Below are positions 13,952 to 26,540 of a DNA stretch of 64,000 nucleotides, piece after piece (the stretch's first letter is position 1; the number at the start of each line of letters is the position of its first letter). The notes below the pieces were generated by a model, which had not been told where the DNA came from, searched no databases, and saw only the letters and a list, made by a program, of their open reading frames with translations. Source of the stretch: Hemiscyllium ocellatum (Eukaryota); contig NC_083425.1 in the NCBI RefSeq assembly GCF_020745735.1, positions 41,899,575 to 41,963,574 of the forward strand, given 5' to 3'. The position numbers and the translations under genes were made by a program.

Positions 13952-14721
13952 CTGGAACAGGCTAATAATTTAATAGTTGAGGAAGGAGGAACAAAGGAAA
14001 ACATTACTCACACCTGAGAAGGGGCAAGTGAAGGAGTCAGGACACTGTAAGCCTACAGCATGATCCTATGGCAACACTGTGTGCCTTCCTTTAGACCATG
14101 AGTTGATGCTTTCAGCTGCATTGCCTAATGCCATTGATTGCACTAAAGAAGAGTTCAACAAAGTAATTTGCTCGCAAGATGAATGTGCTGTTGGAAATGA
14201 ATAGGCTTTCTAATTTATATTAAAAAAAACCATGGAAACATCAAGGCAAAGAGGTTATATTTACAAATGATGCCAAACTGAGTGCAAAAGTAGAGTTCGA
14301 GAAAATCACTCAAGGAATAGAAGAAAACAGGTATTTGAGTCAAATGGTATATGAAATTTAACATGGATAAATATAAGAGAGAAAAAAATAGGCAAGACAG
14401 ACATATTGCTTTTAATCACAAAAGACAGGGAGGCTTAAAACAGGCAACTAGGCCCCATATTCACTAAAATCAATGATATGTGTTCATTTATTTTGCACTC
14501 TTCTTCACTATTTAATTAATTTACATTCTAGTTAAAAACATTTTGGGTTGAATTAACGTTTTAAATAGCAGCTTCTTTCATCAGGAAGGGCATCAACAAC
14601 CTCTCTTTAACGTGGTATCAAATACTTTGAGAGACTTCATCAAAACATGGTACAGCTACAAAGAGGAGATGGGGCAGGTGAGCAAAAACCTACTCAAAGA
14701 TAAACTTGGAGAAGTACCATG

Positions 14722-15025
14722 AGCAGCATGGTGGCTCAGTGGTTAGCACTGCTGCCGGTCACTGCCAGGTATCCAGGTTCAATTCCAGCCTCAGGTGACT
14801 AGCTGTGTGGAGTTTGTATGTTCTCCTTGTGTCTGTGTGGGTTTCCTCTGGGTGCTCTGGTTTCCTCCCACAGTCCAAAGATGTGCAAGTCAGGTGAATT
14901 GACCGTGCTAAATTGCCCATAGTCTTAGTGCATTAGTCAGATGCTTGGATAGGTTACTCTTTGGAGGGTTAGTGTGGACTTGTTGGGTCGAATGGCTGTT
15001 TCCACATTGTAGGGAATCTAATCTT
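14722..15025 (+). mobile_element. HE1/V-SINE
   Basis: Head, V-domain and tail present. Confidence 0.88.
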
Positions 15026-15130
15026 TAACAAGAGAGACACAGAGACTTTGGGAAGCATGTCTAAATCTAAAGGCATAGGTAGCTGAAGGCATGGTCACTG
15101 AACTAGATGATTTAGACAGGATCCACAAGA

Positions 15131-15340
15131 ATCAAGTGTGGTGCTACAAAAAGCACAGCAGGTCAGGCAGCACCTGAGAAGCAGCAACTGACGGGGGGGG
15201 GGGGAACGGCACAGTGATAGTATGGTGTACCGACTTCTACCCCTCCTGCTCCTCAGATATTGCCTGACGTGCTGCGCTTTTTCCAAGCGGCAAAAGTTTC
15301 GACTGACTCTCCAGCATCTGCAGTTCTCACTTTCTCCGTT
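15131..15340. mobile_element. Palindromic Penelope pLTR remnant
   Basis: Arms gcacagcaggtcaggcagca / tgcctgacgtgctgcgc. 12-bp TSD GGATCCACAAGA at 15119-15130 and 15341-15352. Confidence 0.7.
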
Positions 15341-16587
15341 GGATCCACAAGAGATCATAGATGGAAGAATACAGTTACACCCTTTCAGAAAGAAGAGGTA
15401 AATATGCCTCTTCCCAATATAAATAGCTACAATAGCCCAACACAAAACTATCTTAGGAACTCCCATTCTTAATAGATTGGAAACTAAACCATAGCATGAT
15501 ATTTTGTACTAAACAAATCTGATCAGAAGCCACAAAGCTGCTTAATGTAGGGAGATGAAATATTTCAGAGTTGGGGCAAGAACGCAAGGCATTATGGGGA
15601 CTTGGTTAAGGCAGATTCCTATGCAATAGCAAGGACCATTCTCACTGGTTGTACTGATAGTGGCTGTTACGGACACAATAGTAAAATATGAAAAATCAGA
15701 ACAAAACTTAAGTGAAATACTGTGGACACTTGAACCATGACGTTTATTTTCCAAAGCTACCACGAATGTTCTGGGAATAAATATTTCCTTAAAGTGTCAT
15801 ACATCAAAAGAAAACAGAAGTTGCTTGACTAATGGAAAAGAGAGAGGATGGTGTGTTTGTTGTTTAATCAGATGTTATACCCAAGGTTTTGACTTCAGGA
15901 CACTTTTAAAAACCCAGGAAACTCTCCTGGCCCCTACTTTTTCCTCAACAAAAGCACCAAGAGCAGAATAGTCAGTCAGCCAGCCATTCAGCTCTTTACT
16001 ACTTCTGGGACATTGCTAAGGTCCAAGTGACTTTACTTTGAAATATCTCAACTCATGTAATTTATCATGTGAAAAGCCCTGAAACATTTCAGAGAAACAA
16101 TAATGAATTGGATAAATATTCACTAAATATGAAACTAAACGAACTCTTAACTTATTTCAAGTTCTGCATGGAAATGAGATTTAAATATAGAACTTTCAGG
16201 AACATATTTCCTTCCCAGCACAGCCTAGCAACATCCTGACTGCCACACCTGGTGTTGAGTAACTGCAGTGTACGCAGAGCAAAGATTCTTGTATATTCTT
16301 AAGTCAACCAATATTGGAATAAAGTTGCATCTTCAGAAAAAAGATTGAACCAGAGTCATTGAAAATAACAAATCGGTCATCCTGAGCTCCTAAGTGCTGC
16401 CTTTCAGTTATTGGGAGAAAATAACTGATTCAATGAATTAAGTTTTTTGTCATTTTTATTATTCACCTCAACATAATTGTAGGGTTTTTGTTACTCAAAT
16501 TAATGGTAAATTCACAGAAAACTGTAGTGCTAGCCCAAAGTGTAATGCTCAAAATGACCAGAAGTCCCAAGTCTGTAATTAACAAAA

Positions 16588-16764
16588 GTTTCCTCCCACA
16601 GTCCAAAGATATGCGGGTCAGGTGAATTGGCCATGCTAAATTGCCCGTAGTGTTAGGTAAGGGGTATATGTAGGGGTATCAGTGGGTTGCGCTTCGGCGG
16701 GTCGGTGTGGACTTGTTGGGCCGAAGGGCCTGTTTCCACACTGTAAGTAATCTAATCTAATCTA
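16588..16764 (+). mobile_element. HE1/V-SINE, 5'-truncated
   Basis: End of V-domain plus taatctaatcta tail. Confidence 0.88.
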
Positions 16765-17099
16765 AAAATGACTTTTCAGACATGATGAACTGTTGATGCT
16801 GAGTATTTGATGAAACAGTGGTGTAGTTGTAATATCACTGGGTTAGTAATGTTCTGGAAATGCTGGGTCAATTCTCAATACAGTAGCTGTTAGAATTTAA
16901 ATTCTATTAAAAATAAATCTGGAACTGAAAGGTAGTCTCAGTATGATGATGACCATGAAATTATCATCTATTGTCATAAAAAAATAAAACACTGATTCAC
17001 AAGTATCATTTAGGGAGAGAGTTCTGCCATCCTTCCCTTTTCTAGCTCATATGACCCCGGACATAAATGTGGTTTAAACATTTCCACAACATGACACTT

Positions 17100-17515
17100 A
17101 GAATCATAGAGATGTACAACATGGAAACAGACCCTTCAGTCCAACACATCCATGCCAACCAGATATCCTAAATTAACCTATTCTCACTTGCCAGCACGTG
17201 GCCATATCCCTCTAAACTCTTCCTAATTATATACCCATCCAGATGGCTTTTAAATGCTGTAATTGTAACAGCCTCCACCACTTCCTCTGGCAATTCATTC
17301 CACACATGCACCACCCTTTGTGTGAAAAGGATGCCCCTCAGGTCTCTTAAATCTTTTCCCCTCAGCCTAAACGTATGCCCTCTAGTTCTGGACTCCCCCA
17401 TTCCAGGCAAAAGACCCTTTTTATTTACTGTATCCATTCACTATGATTTTATAAACCTCAATAAAGGTCGCCCCCTCTGCCTCCGACACTTCAGGGAGGA
17501 CTGCTCCAGCCTATT
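17100..17515 (-). mobile_element. CR1 LINE 3' fragment
   Basis: GESRTRGH.FR..FTQRVVHVWNELPEEVVEA. Confidence 0.88.
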
Positions 17516-19063
17516 CAGTGTGGACTCGGGTCAAATGGCCTGCTTCCACACTGTAGGGATTTTATGAACTTTAATTGCTCTGCAGGGTAGAATGCAGGCT
17601 TTGCTAGTAATAGCCTCTGTAACATGAGCAACTGAAAAAGAAAATGCAGAACAGGATTCTTCAAATTTCTGGAATCCAAACAAATTTACTTTAACTTGGT
17701 CACCTCAAAAAAAAGCTCACATTCAGCTTTCATGCCCAAATGAAAAACCATCTTTCCATAGTCCTGCTGCATCATTTGCTTCATTTAGCCACACTTTCCC
17801 TTAAAAAGATACAACAGCACGTCTCTCAACAAGATTCTATCTTATATAAATTTGGAAAAAAAAAGCTGAATTCATCAAGAGAGGTGAAAACAACTGTCTG
17901 AAACATTAAAGCAGCAGCATTTGACCAAGGGTGACATTGAAACGAATGGGAATTAGGCAAACAACCACCACTAGCTAGACATATATCAGCCATAAAAGAG
18001 GACTACTGCGGTTGATTGGTGTCTGTTACCTTAGCCCCTGAATATCACTACAGAGGTTAGTGTCCTCAACCAAAACCTCTCCAACCACTTCAACAGGTGC
18101 ACAAGGCATCCTTCTCTCAATTCCTCTCCTCACTCTGTTTTGAATTAATGGCCCCTTGTTCACCAAGTTCTCAAACAGAAGAAACAGTTGTTAGAACAAA
18201 AAAATTGCATTTACAAAGCACATTCAAGATAGTAAAATTGCCAATTGTTACTACTCTCAAAGCCCTTCATAATTGGAACAAAAATATGTTAGATTATCTT
18301 GTTTGTCTTTTGTGCACTGCTGGATGTAAGTCTTTCCAATACATCCTCATAATTATAGTTTCCCCATGCTTGGCATCATCCTGTTGAGTTAATGTTGAAC
18401 CGAAAATAGGCAGTAACAGGAGGTCAGGGTGGATCATCTTCCAACTTTACCATACCACGTCACAGAAACAATGCCGCAATCAATTCTGCTGAAAAGTAAT
18501 ATCATGGTGAGTTTGAAAAAAAAATTATGTTGTGCAATACTTCAGCTAATTATTATACTGAGCTGACTGAAACAATTATTCAAACGCAAGTGTTGTGGTG
18601 GGGTAGCCATTACAAAAAACTTCATAAATATATTTATTACACAGATGTATCACACTCACCCAATCAACATTAAGAATTCAACTAAAAAGTTTAGTTCAAT
18701 TTTATTACAACACATTTGAAGAAAACATTTTATGTTTGTCAAAAAGAGAAAACATTAGCAATCATTGATACATTCTGTTGAATTTTCACATCCACTAACT
18801 ACAAAAGAAATGCCTTTGTGAAGCATTGTAACAGTAACACTTCACTTTGAAAAGAGCACAGCTGTCTTCATTTTTTTTAAAAAGCTCATCTCCTGTGCAT
18901 GTAACATAACTGCATTAGTTTGCAAGAAGAAAGAATGACTATAAGCATAGTGCTGTTATATATAATTGTTGATAGTTACTAAGCCCGGGAAAATGTGTGT
19001 CAACCTATTGTGGATTTAGGCTCTGCTACCACCAACAGTGTCAATGGTCTCCACAGACTTTAC

Positions 19064-19130
19064 TTGTAATTGATCTGTGGTTTTGTTTGTCCCACACGCT
19101 TGTACAGCAGGAAGTAGTAACTAACCCAAT
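19064..19130 (-). CDS. Predicted exon C of the cryptic gene (DWVSYYFLLYKRVGQTKPQINYK)
   Basis: Acceptor tcctttctag|, donor CAA|gtaaag. 67 nt, phase 1 in and phase 2 out. YYFLxY motif. Too short to appear in the ORF track. Confidence 0.6.
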
Positions 19131-20593
19131 CTAGAAAGGATCTTCTATGTCACACAGTGTTTGTTTTTTTGCCAAAACATATCCCTTTTGAAACTATATA
19201 CCTTTGTCATAGCAGTGCAAACTCACTTTCCCAGCAGCAACTTCCTGGTGTGGTGGTTAGATATTCCACATGACAACAACTGTGTAAACTGACTAAACAA
19301 CTTAATACTTGACCTTTCCCCACCCAGTTATGGATAAAATTGTTCATTGTGCGCTCTAAATATCTTAGAAAATGCAAAAATTCAAAATCAAAAATTTGTA
19401 TATGTCACAATTTAATAATAATAATAGACAATTACTTATGAGTGTGGGGGGAGAAATGACGGTAGGTGGGAGCAAGCCGCCAAAATACAAAGACTCTCAT
19501 ATCGTGCGCAATGCAATATTGAATTTAATAGATTACACATTGGTGCAAAAGTAAACAAACCCTCTCAAGCATGATCATGAGTGCATATTATGCTACTCTT
19601 CTTGCATTGTGACTTGAGAGAAAATATTCAGTGCTGGCCTGATAGTGACTGTAGTTGCAATACTGTACTTTTGAAAAGAATTGAGGATATGTGCCATTGC
19701 TAATTGAAAGATAATATGGATCATATGCCCAGAAACCTTTGAGGTATGAAGGCTTTCACTGTTTGAAGGCAGAAAATTGCATGTAAAAATCACTTTCGTT
19801 CTTTAGGGGCACAGATTCTTCTTTTGTTTTACACACTGTACACCAGGCATCATGTGACCACCTGCATTCAAGAAGAGGTAAGATCATCAATTAATAACTC
19901 GGCAATGAGCATTTTTAAAATGAGAGACAAGACCATCAGGAAATTGAACAGTTTAACTTTCATAAAATATTGCACCATTATACAATTAGTACACTCAAAA
20001 ACATTTCTTTAAATCCTAGGTAATCCATGCCCAATCTTTTTTCTCCCTGTAACACATGGGAAAGCAAGGTTTTGTTGTGCCACCTCACTGGGCAGGTCTG
20101 AGGCAGAGGTATGTTGTGAAGCCTATGTGAAACCATGAACTTAAATAAACTAAGTTATCAGACAATTCCGGTGAAGAAATGACCAAAACAATTTCACTCT
20201 CTGTAGCCTTAAATTTAACCAATACAAATTAATATGAATCAACGGGCAAATGCTTATTCAAATAAAGGTTAATTTCATTTTAAATATTTCATACAAAGAT
20301 ACATGTCATACATAACCACAAGTGTTCCCCTTCAGCGGGTAGTATTTAAATACACTTCCAGAATATCATGTTTTGAATCATACAAAGTAAGTTCCATGTC
20401 TTATCCAAATAGGATTTTCACCCCAGAATTTCATGGATGTGATAATCATCAGCAAGAGTCACATCTGTGAAACCCTTCTTCAGATCATGACAGTTCTGAT
20501 GGTTTATGACCAAAGCTCCCAGAGAGCTCACCTCCCTTTCTGCCTGACAGTAAAACTGACACTGGCTGGTAGAAATTTGCTGCTACCTCAAGA

Positions 20594-21895
20594 GAGGAGG
20601 TTGAACAGTTCATCCACTTTACTAACACCTTCCACCCTGACCTCAAATTTACCTGGACCATCTCAGACTCCTTCCTCCCCTTCCTAGACCTATCCATTTT
20701 TATCTCGGGCGACCATCTCAACATGGACATTTACTATAAATCGACCGACTCCCACAGCTACCTAGATTACACCTGCTCCCACCCTGCCCCCTGTAAAAAC
20801 ACCATCCCATATTCCCAATTCCTTTGCCTCTGCCACATCTGCTCCCAGGAGAATCAATTCGAATACCGACCCCCCCCCCCGATGGCCTCCTTCTTCAAAG
20901 ACCACAATTTCCCCTCAGATGTGGTTGACGATGCTCTCCACCGTATTTCCTCCACTTCCCCCTCCTCCGCCCTTGAACCCCACCCCTCCAGTCGCCACTA
21001 GGACAGAACCCCAATGGTTCTCACCTACCACCTACCAACCTCCAGATACATCGTATCATCCGCCGTCATTTCTGCCAACTCCAGACAGACCCCACCACCA
21101 AGGATATATTTCCCTCCCTTCCCCTATCAGCATTCCAGAAAGACCACTCCCTCCGCGACTCCCTCGTCAGGTCCACACCCCCCACCAACCCAACCTCCAC
21201 TCCCGGCACCTTCCCCTGCAAACGCAAGAAATGCAAAACTTGCACCCACACCTCCCCCCTCACCTCCCTCCAAGGCCCCAAGGGATCCTTTCATATCCGT
21301 CACAAATTCACCTGCACCTCCACACACATCATTTGCTGCATCCACTGCACCCGATGTGGTCTCCTCTACATTGAGGAGACAGGCCGCCTACTTGCGGAAC
21401 GTTTCAGAGAACACCTCTGGGACACCCCCACCAACCAACCCAACTGCCCCGTGGTGGAACACTAACTCCCCCTCCCACTCCGCAGGTCCTTAGCCTCCTC
21501 CATCGCCAGACTATGGCAACACGACGCCTGGAAGAAGAGCGCCTCATCTTCTGCCTAAGAACTCTCTAACCACAAGGGATGAATGCAGATTTCTCCAGCT
21601 TCCTCATTTCCCCTCCCCCCCACCTTATCTCAGTCCCATACCTCGGACTCAGCACCGCCTTCTTGACTTGCAATCTTCCCGACCACTCCGCCCCCACCCC
21701 CTCTCCGGCCTATCACCCTCACTTTAACCTCCTTCCACCTATCGCAGTCCCAACGCCCCTCCCCCTACTTTTTAATCTTAGCCTACTTGGCACACCTTCC
21801 TCATTCCTGAAGAAGGGCTTATGCTCGAAATGTCGATTCACCTGCTCCGTGGATGCTGCCCGACTTTCTGCACTTTTCCAGCAACACATTTTTCA
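20594..21895 (+). mobile_element. 5'-truncated Penelope-like retroelement (RT C-terminus, GIY-YIG endonuclease, pLTR), frameshifted
   Basis: Translates to FHPDLKFTW..LPFLDL..DIYYKSTDSHSYLDY..SHP and CIHCTRCGLLYIEETGR..ERFREH. 15-bp TSD GCTGCTACCTCAAGA at 20579-20593 and 21896-21910. HHR-like motif at ~21804-21836. Confidence 0.92.
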
Positions 21896-22047
21896 GCTGC
21901 TACCTCAAGATGTTGGTGTGTTCCTCTTTCTGGCTCGGTTTCTTTTCAATTGTGAATGGATCTCAATTTTCTTCCTATTGGTATTGCAACCAGGTCAGTG
22001 ACTGACAGGTTACATGGATCAGTATTTCTAAATCACAGAATCACACT

Positions 22048-22315
22048 GGGCGGCACGGTGGCACAGTGGTCAGCACTGCTGCCTCACAGCGCCAGAGTAC
22101 CCGGGTTCAATTCCCGCCTCAGGCGACTGACTGTGTGGCATTTGCACGTTCTCATGGGTTTCCTCCAAAAGATGTGTGGGTCAGGTGAATTGGCCATGCT
22201 AACTTGCCCGTAATGTTAGGTAAGGGGCAAATGTAGGGATATGATTGGGTTGCGGGTCGGTGTGGACTTGTTGGGCCGAAGGGCCTGTTTCCACACTGGA
22301 AGTAATCTAATCTAA
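22048..22315 (+). mobile_element. HE1/V-SINE with internal deletion
   Basis: Same head and tail as the other copies; V-domain partly deleted. Confidence 0.9.
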
Positions 22316-22345
22316 AAATCTTAAAATGCAGAACGAAACACTTAC

Positions 22346-22428
22346 CTTGTCTACACCAGGTCTCCAAAAGAACTTTATGACTAAGTGCCATTCTCCTGCC
22401 TTTTCCTCCTTCCCCTTGCACATTGTTT
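22346..22428 (-). CDS. Predicted exon B of the cryptic gene (NNVQGEGGKGRRMALSHKVLLETWCRQ)
   Basis: Strong donor CAAG|gtaagt and weaker acceptor tgtgaatag|. 83 nt, phase 2 in and phase 1 out, fitting both neighbours. Confidence 0.5.
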
Positions 22429-22459
22429 CTATTCACATAAATATGTAGTGGCCTCCTCA

Positions 22460-22880
22460 ATTGAACCTGCCTTCACCATACTTGCTGGTGATGTATGCCA
22501 GAATCAAACAACTCATTCCAAAGAAAAGACATTTTCACCCATCACATTGGCTACTTTTGCGTTTCATAAGTCTGTGCTCTGTTGTTTTTGATCCTCTTAT
22601 GAACTGGAACAGTTTCTCTATTCTGTTCAGAACACCTATGGTTTTGAAACTTTCCATCAGCCTTCTTTGCTTTGAACAGAATAGTACTAACCTCCCAAAT
22701 CAATCCTCAGAACTGAAGTTTCTCACCCCTGTAACTGTTCTTGTTAACCTTTTCTGCAGTCTCTCCAATGCATTCACATCCTTCCCACAGTGTGGCACCC
22801 AGAACTACACAGAATACTCGAGCTAATGTTAAGCAAATGTCTTGCACAGCAATAACCTCCTTGCTCTGGTACCCCATGCC
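22460..22880 (-). mobile_element. Old CR1 LINE fragment
   Basis: ctccaatgcattcacatccttccc..gtggcacccagaactacacagaatactc CR1 signature. Confidence 0.6.
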
Positions 22881-23354
22881 CAATTATCCACAACAATTAC
22901 TTAATCCCTTCACAATTACACAAACTCTTAAAACTTCTTTCAAAATCTTAACAATTTAGATTTCACAGATATTTTAAGGAAATTACAAGCTTTCCTTTCT
23001 GTACATCTTCTGGGTCAAAGACTCAGAGCCTCATTTTATCAGAGTGTTAAGAATGGCCACTGGATTTCAGTAGAGGGTCAGTCTACACAGCTTGAATGAG
23101 ATTACTAGCTGTGTTTATTTGGTATCTTTATTTCAATACAATTTTTCTTTAATATTTACTTATTTGCGCAAAATTAATAGGTATGAAGTTGATCATAGCT
23201 TTTGCCAGGGATACTATAAGTGTGTGCTGTGATTGACTCTTATGGTTCAGTAGCAGTCTTAAAGAAGCTTTCATAGCTCATTGTTTATTCTGTCAGCTTC
23301 AGTAGCATTTCGAAGACTTTCCAGTGGCTCAATGGTTCGATAAATTGTGGATAC

Positions 23355-23503
23355 CTGGAGAATGCGTGTAGAGGAGGAGGAGCACACTTTACCAAAAGTT
23401 TATAGAAATATTGGTGAAAAGCTTCAAACTCCTTGGGAGGGCTACGTCCAAGGTTCACACATGGACTGATCTGATGGTGGTCCCACAGGCACCAAGAACC
23501 CAT
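23355..23503 (-). CDS. Predicted exon A of a cryptic DUF3314/C19orf67-like gene (MGSWCLWDHHQIS...FHQYFYKLL...HAFS)
   Basis: NAGNAG acceptor tttttgtctaag/cag, open frame, donor CCAG|gtatcc (phase 2). Motif G-x7-H[QE][IV]S...FxxYxYK. Confidence 0.6.
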
Positions 23504-24102
23504 CTGCTTAGACAAAAATACCAACTAATAAGAGCTCAGCAAGGTTTTAAAGTGATATCAGCTCTACAGTTCAAGTAAGCACTGGGTCATGACTCATTGC
23601 GAGTCCTGGTTGTTGAAAGAAAAAACAGGCAAGGGGGCAGGAAAATATAGCCCATTTAATCAGATGACCGAAAGCTTAGTTAATACACAAGTTTTGCAGG
23701 TACCTTAAATATCAAAACAAGGTAGAGAGGTAGGGGTCTGTATGGAGGTCGGGAACTGGACCAATGAAAGCCCGGCCACCAATGGTTGGAGCAATTATTA
23801 AAATCGGGGATGCACAAGAGGCCAGATTGCGAGCAACACAGACATCCTGGAGGGCTGTGGGAAGATTACAGAAATACATAAGGTGAAGCGATGGGTGGAA
23901 TTTGAAAACAAAGATAAGTATTTAAATCCATAGGCTGCCTACCTGAGAGCCAAATTATAATCAGTGAGAAACATGGTTATAGAGGAATGGATTTTCTTGA
24001 GTTAAAACGTAGACAAAATTTTGGATGACCTCAAGCTGTTGCAAGATAGTGTGGGAAATCATTTCGTTCATAGGAAGATTTAAGTCTGATGCATGCACAA
24101 AT

Positions 24103-24419
24103 TAGATTAGATTAGATTTACAGTGTGGAAACAGGCCCTTCGGCCCAACAAGTCCACACCGACCCGCCGAAGCGCAACCCACCCATACCCCTACATTTAC
24201 CCCTTACCTAACACTACGGGCAATTTAGCTTGGCCAATTCACCTAACCCGCACATCTTTGTGACTGTGGGAGGAAACCGGAGCACCCGGAGGAAACCCAC
24301 GCAGACACGGGGAGAACGTGCAAACTCCACACAGTCAGTCGCCTGAGTCGGGAATTGAACCCAGGTCTACAGGCGCTGTGAGGCAGCAGTGCTAACCACT
24401 GTGCCACCGTGCCGCCCAC
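24103..24419 (-). mobile_element. HE1/V-SINE, full length, young
   Basis: tRNA-like head (tggcacagtgg...ggttcaattcc), V-domain gtgtctgcgtgggtttcctccgggtgctccggtttcctcccacag, (aatct)n tail. Confidence 0.92.
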
Positions 24420-24794
24420 AAAATAACAAACAAAGAGGTAACTCAGAAAAGTACATACCTCCACCATGCTATGTTAACACGTCATTACGATTAGGCAACA
24501 CTTCCCTTTTTCCTACCTTATTGCAACACTACGAAGTGGATTCTTTTTTCTTTTATTTAAGAGATTCCATTCCCACTGGCATGGCTTCAGGCCAATCCAC
24601 ACCCAAACTGTGCTGAAATCTGCTCACATTTTGACAGCTCATAGAATCCCTACAGTGCAGATAAAGGCCATTCAACCCATTGAGCTGTGACAAATTCTAC
24701 CACCACAGTTGAGAAAACCCACACTATTCTAGAACAATAAATGAAAAGGCTTGTTCTGTTTTCCAATGTTAATGGATCCTTTAAAACATTTCAT

Positions 24795-25100
24795 AGGCAC
24801 GGTGACTCAGTGGTTAGCACTTCTGCCTCACAGTGCCAGGTATCCAGGTTCGATTCCAGCCTCGGGCGACTGTCTGTGTGGAGTTTGCACATTCTCCCAG
24901 TGTCTGCGTGGGTTTTCTCCGGATGCTCCGGTTTCCTTCCACAGTCCAAAAATGTGCAGCCAGGTGAATTGGCCATGCTAGATTGACTAACGCACCTAAC
25001 GCTACAGGCAGAGGGAAATGGTTTACTCTTCGGAGGGTTGGTGTGGACTGGTTGGGCCGAAGGGCCTGTTTCCACACTGTAGGGAATCTAATCTAATCTA
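24795..25100 (+). mobile_element. HE1/V-SINE
   Basis: Head, V-domain and aatct tail present. Confidence 0.9.
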
Positions 25101-25194
25101 TAATATAGATCTTGATCTGTATCATCAACAGAAATTCATCAGTTCTTCCTGAGTGTTCCCTATTTGTCACCAAGCTTTGCTAAGATATGGAGGT

Positions 25195-26366
25195 TGTTGT
25201 GGTTCTGTTCGCCGAGCTGGGAATTTGTGTTGCAAACATTTCATCCCCTGTCTAGGTGACATCCTCAGTGCTTGGGAGCCTCCTGTGAAGTGCTTCTGTG
25301 ATGTTTCCTCCTGCACTTATAGTGGTTTGTCTCTGCCGCTTCCGGTTGTCAGTTCCAGCTGTCTGCTGCAGTGGCTGGTATATTGGGTCCAGGTCGATGT
25401 GTTTGTTGATAGAATCTGTGGATGAGTGCCATGCCTCTAGAAATTCCCTGGCTGTTCTCTGTTTGGTTTGCCCTATAATAGTAGTGTTGTCCCAGTCGAA
25501 TTCATGTTGCTTGTTATCTGCGTGTGTGGCTACTAAGCTTAGCTGGTCGTGTCGTTTCGTGGCTGTTGGTGTTCATGGATGTGGATCGTTAGCTGTCTTC
25601 CTGTTTGTCCTATGTAGTGTTTTGTGCAGTCCTTGCATGGGATTTTGTACACTACATTGGTTTTGCTCATGCTGGGTATCGAGTCCTTCATTCTGGTGAG
25701 TTGTTGTCTGAGAGTGGCTGTTGGTTTGTGTGCTGTTATGAGTCCTAGTTCTCGCAGTAGTCTGGCTGTCAGTTCGGAAATGCTCCTGATGTATGGTAGT
25801 GTGGCTAGTCCTTTGGGTTGCGGCATGTCCTCGTTCCGTTGTCTTTCCCTTAGGCATCTGTTGATGAAATTGCGCGGGTATCCCATGTAAGCACTGCACA
25901 AGACACTACATAGGACAAACAGGAAGACAGCTAACGATCCGCATCCATGAACACCAACTAGCCACGAAACGACACGACTATCTATCCTTAGTAGCCACAC
26001 ACGCAGATGACAAGCAACATGAATTCGACTGGGACAACACTACTATTATAGGGCAAGCCATACAGAGAACAGCCAGGGAATTCCTAGAGGCATGGCACTC
26101 ATCCACAGATTCTATCAACAAACACATCGACCTGGACCCAATACACCAGCCACTGCAGCGGACAGCTGGAACTGACAACCGGAAGCGGCAGAGACAAACC
26201 ACTATAAATGCTGGAGGAAACATCACAGAAGCGCTTCACAGGAGGCTCCCAAGCACTGAGGATGTCACCTAGACAGGGGATGAAACGTTTGCAACACAAA
26301 TTCCCAGCTCGGCGAACAGAACCACAACAACGAGCACCCGAGCTACAAATCTTCTCCCAAACTTTG
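25195..26366. mobile_element. Penelope-like element, two 3' halves in inverted arrangement (GIY-YIG domain)
   Basis: Minus arm encodes GYP.NFI...LPYI..ISE...NVVYKIPCKDCTKHYIGQTGRQL..HEH. Plus arm 25891-26366 is its inverted copy. 13-bp TSD AAGATATGGAGGT at 25182-25194 and 26367-26379. Confidence 0.92.
26253..26292 (+). ncRNA. Minimal type I hammerhead ribozyme motif
   Basis: GCA-CTGAGGA-tgtcacc-tagaca-ggggat-GAAA-C-GTT-TGC. Mirror copy on the minus strand at 25232-25271. Confidence 0.65.
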
Positions 26367-26540
26367 AAGATATGGAGGTGCCAGTGTTGGACTGGGTTGG
26401 TCAAGGTCAGAAGTCAGATGACACCAGGTTATAGTCCAACAGGCTTATTTGACATCACAATCTTTTGGAGTGTTGCCACTTTGTCAGGTTGTGATTTCAA
26501 ATAAATCTGTTGGACTAAAACCTGGTGTCAGCTGACTTTG
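26367..26540. mobile_element. Short palindromic Penelope-derived element (host of the nested insertion)
   Basis: Inverted arms (acaccaggttatagtccaacag / ctgttggactaaaacctggtgt), same family as 10903-11106. 16-bp TSD ACCAAGCTTTGCTAAG at 25169-25184 and 26541-26556. Confidence 0.75.

Noticed and set aside
20919-21493. Pro/His-rich ORFs
   Set aside because: Alternative frames of the C-rich Penelope element.
22048-22120. tRNA-like A/B boxes
   Set aside because: These are SINE heads, not tRNA genes; the same applies to the other HE1 copies.
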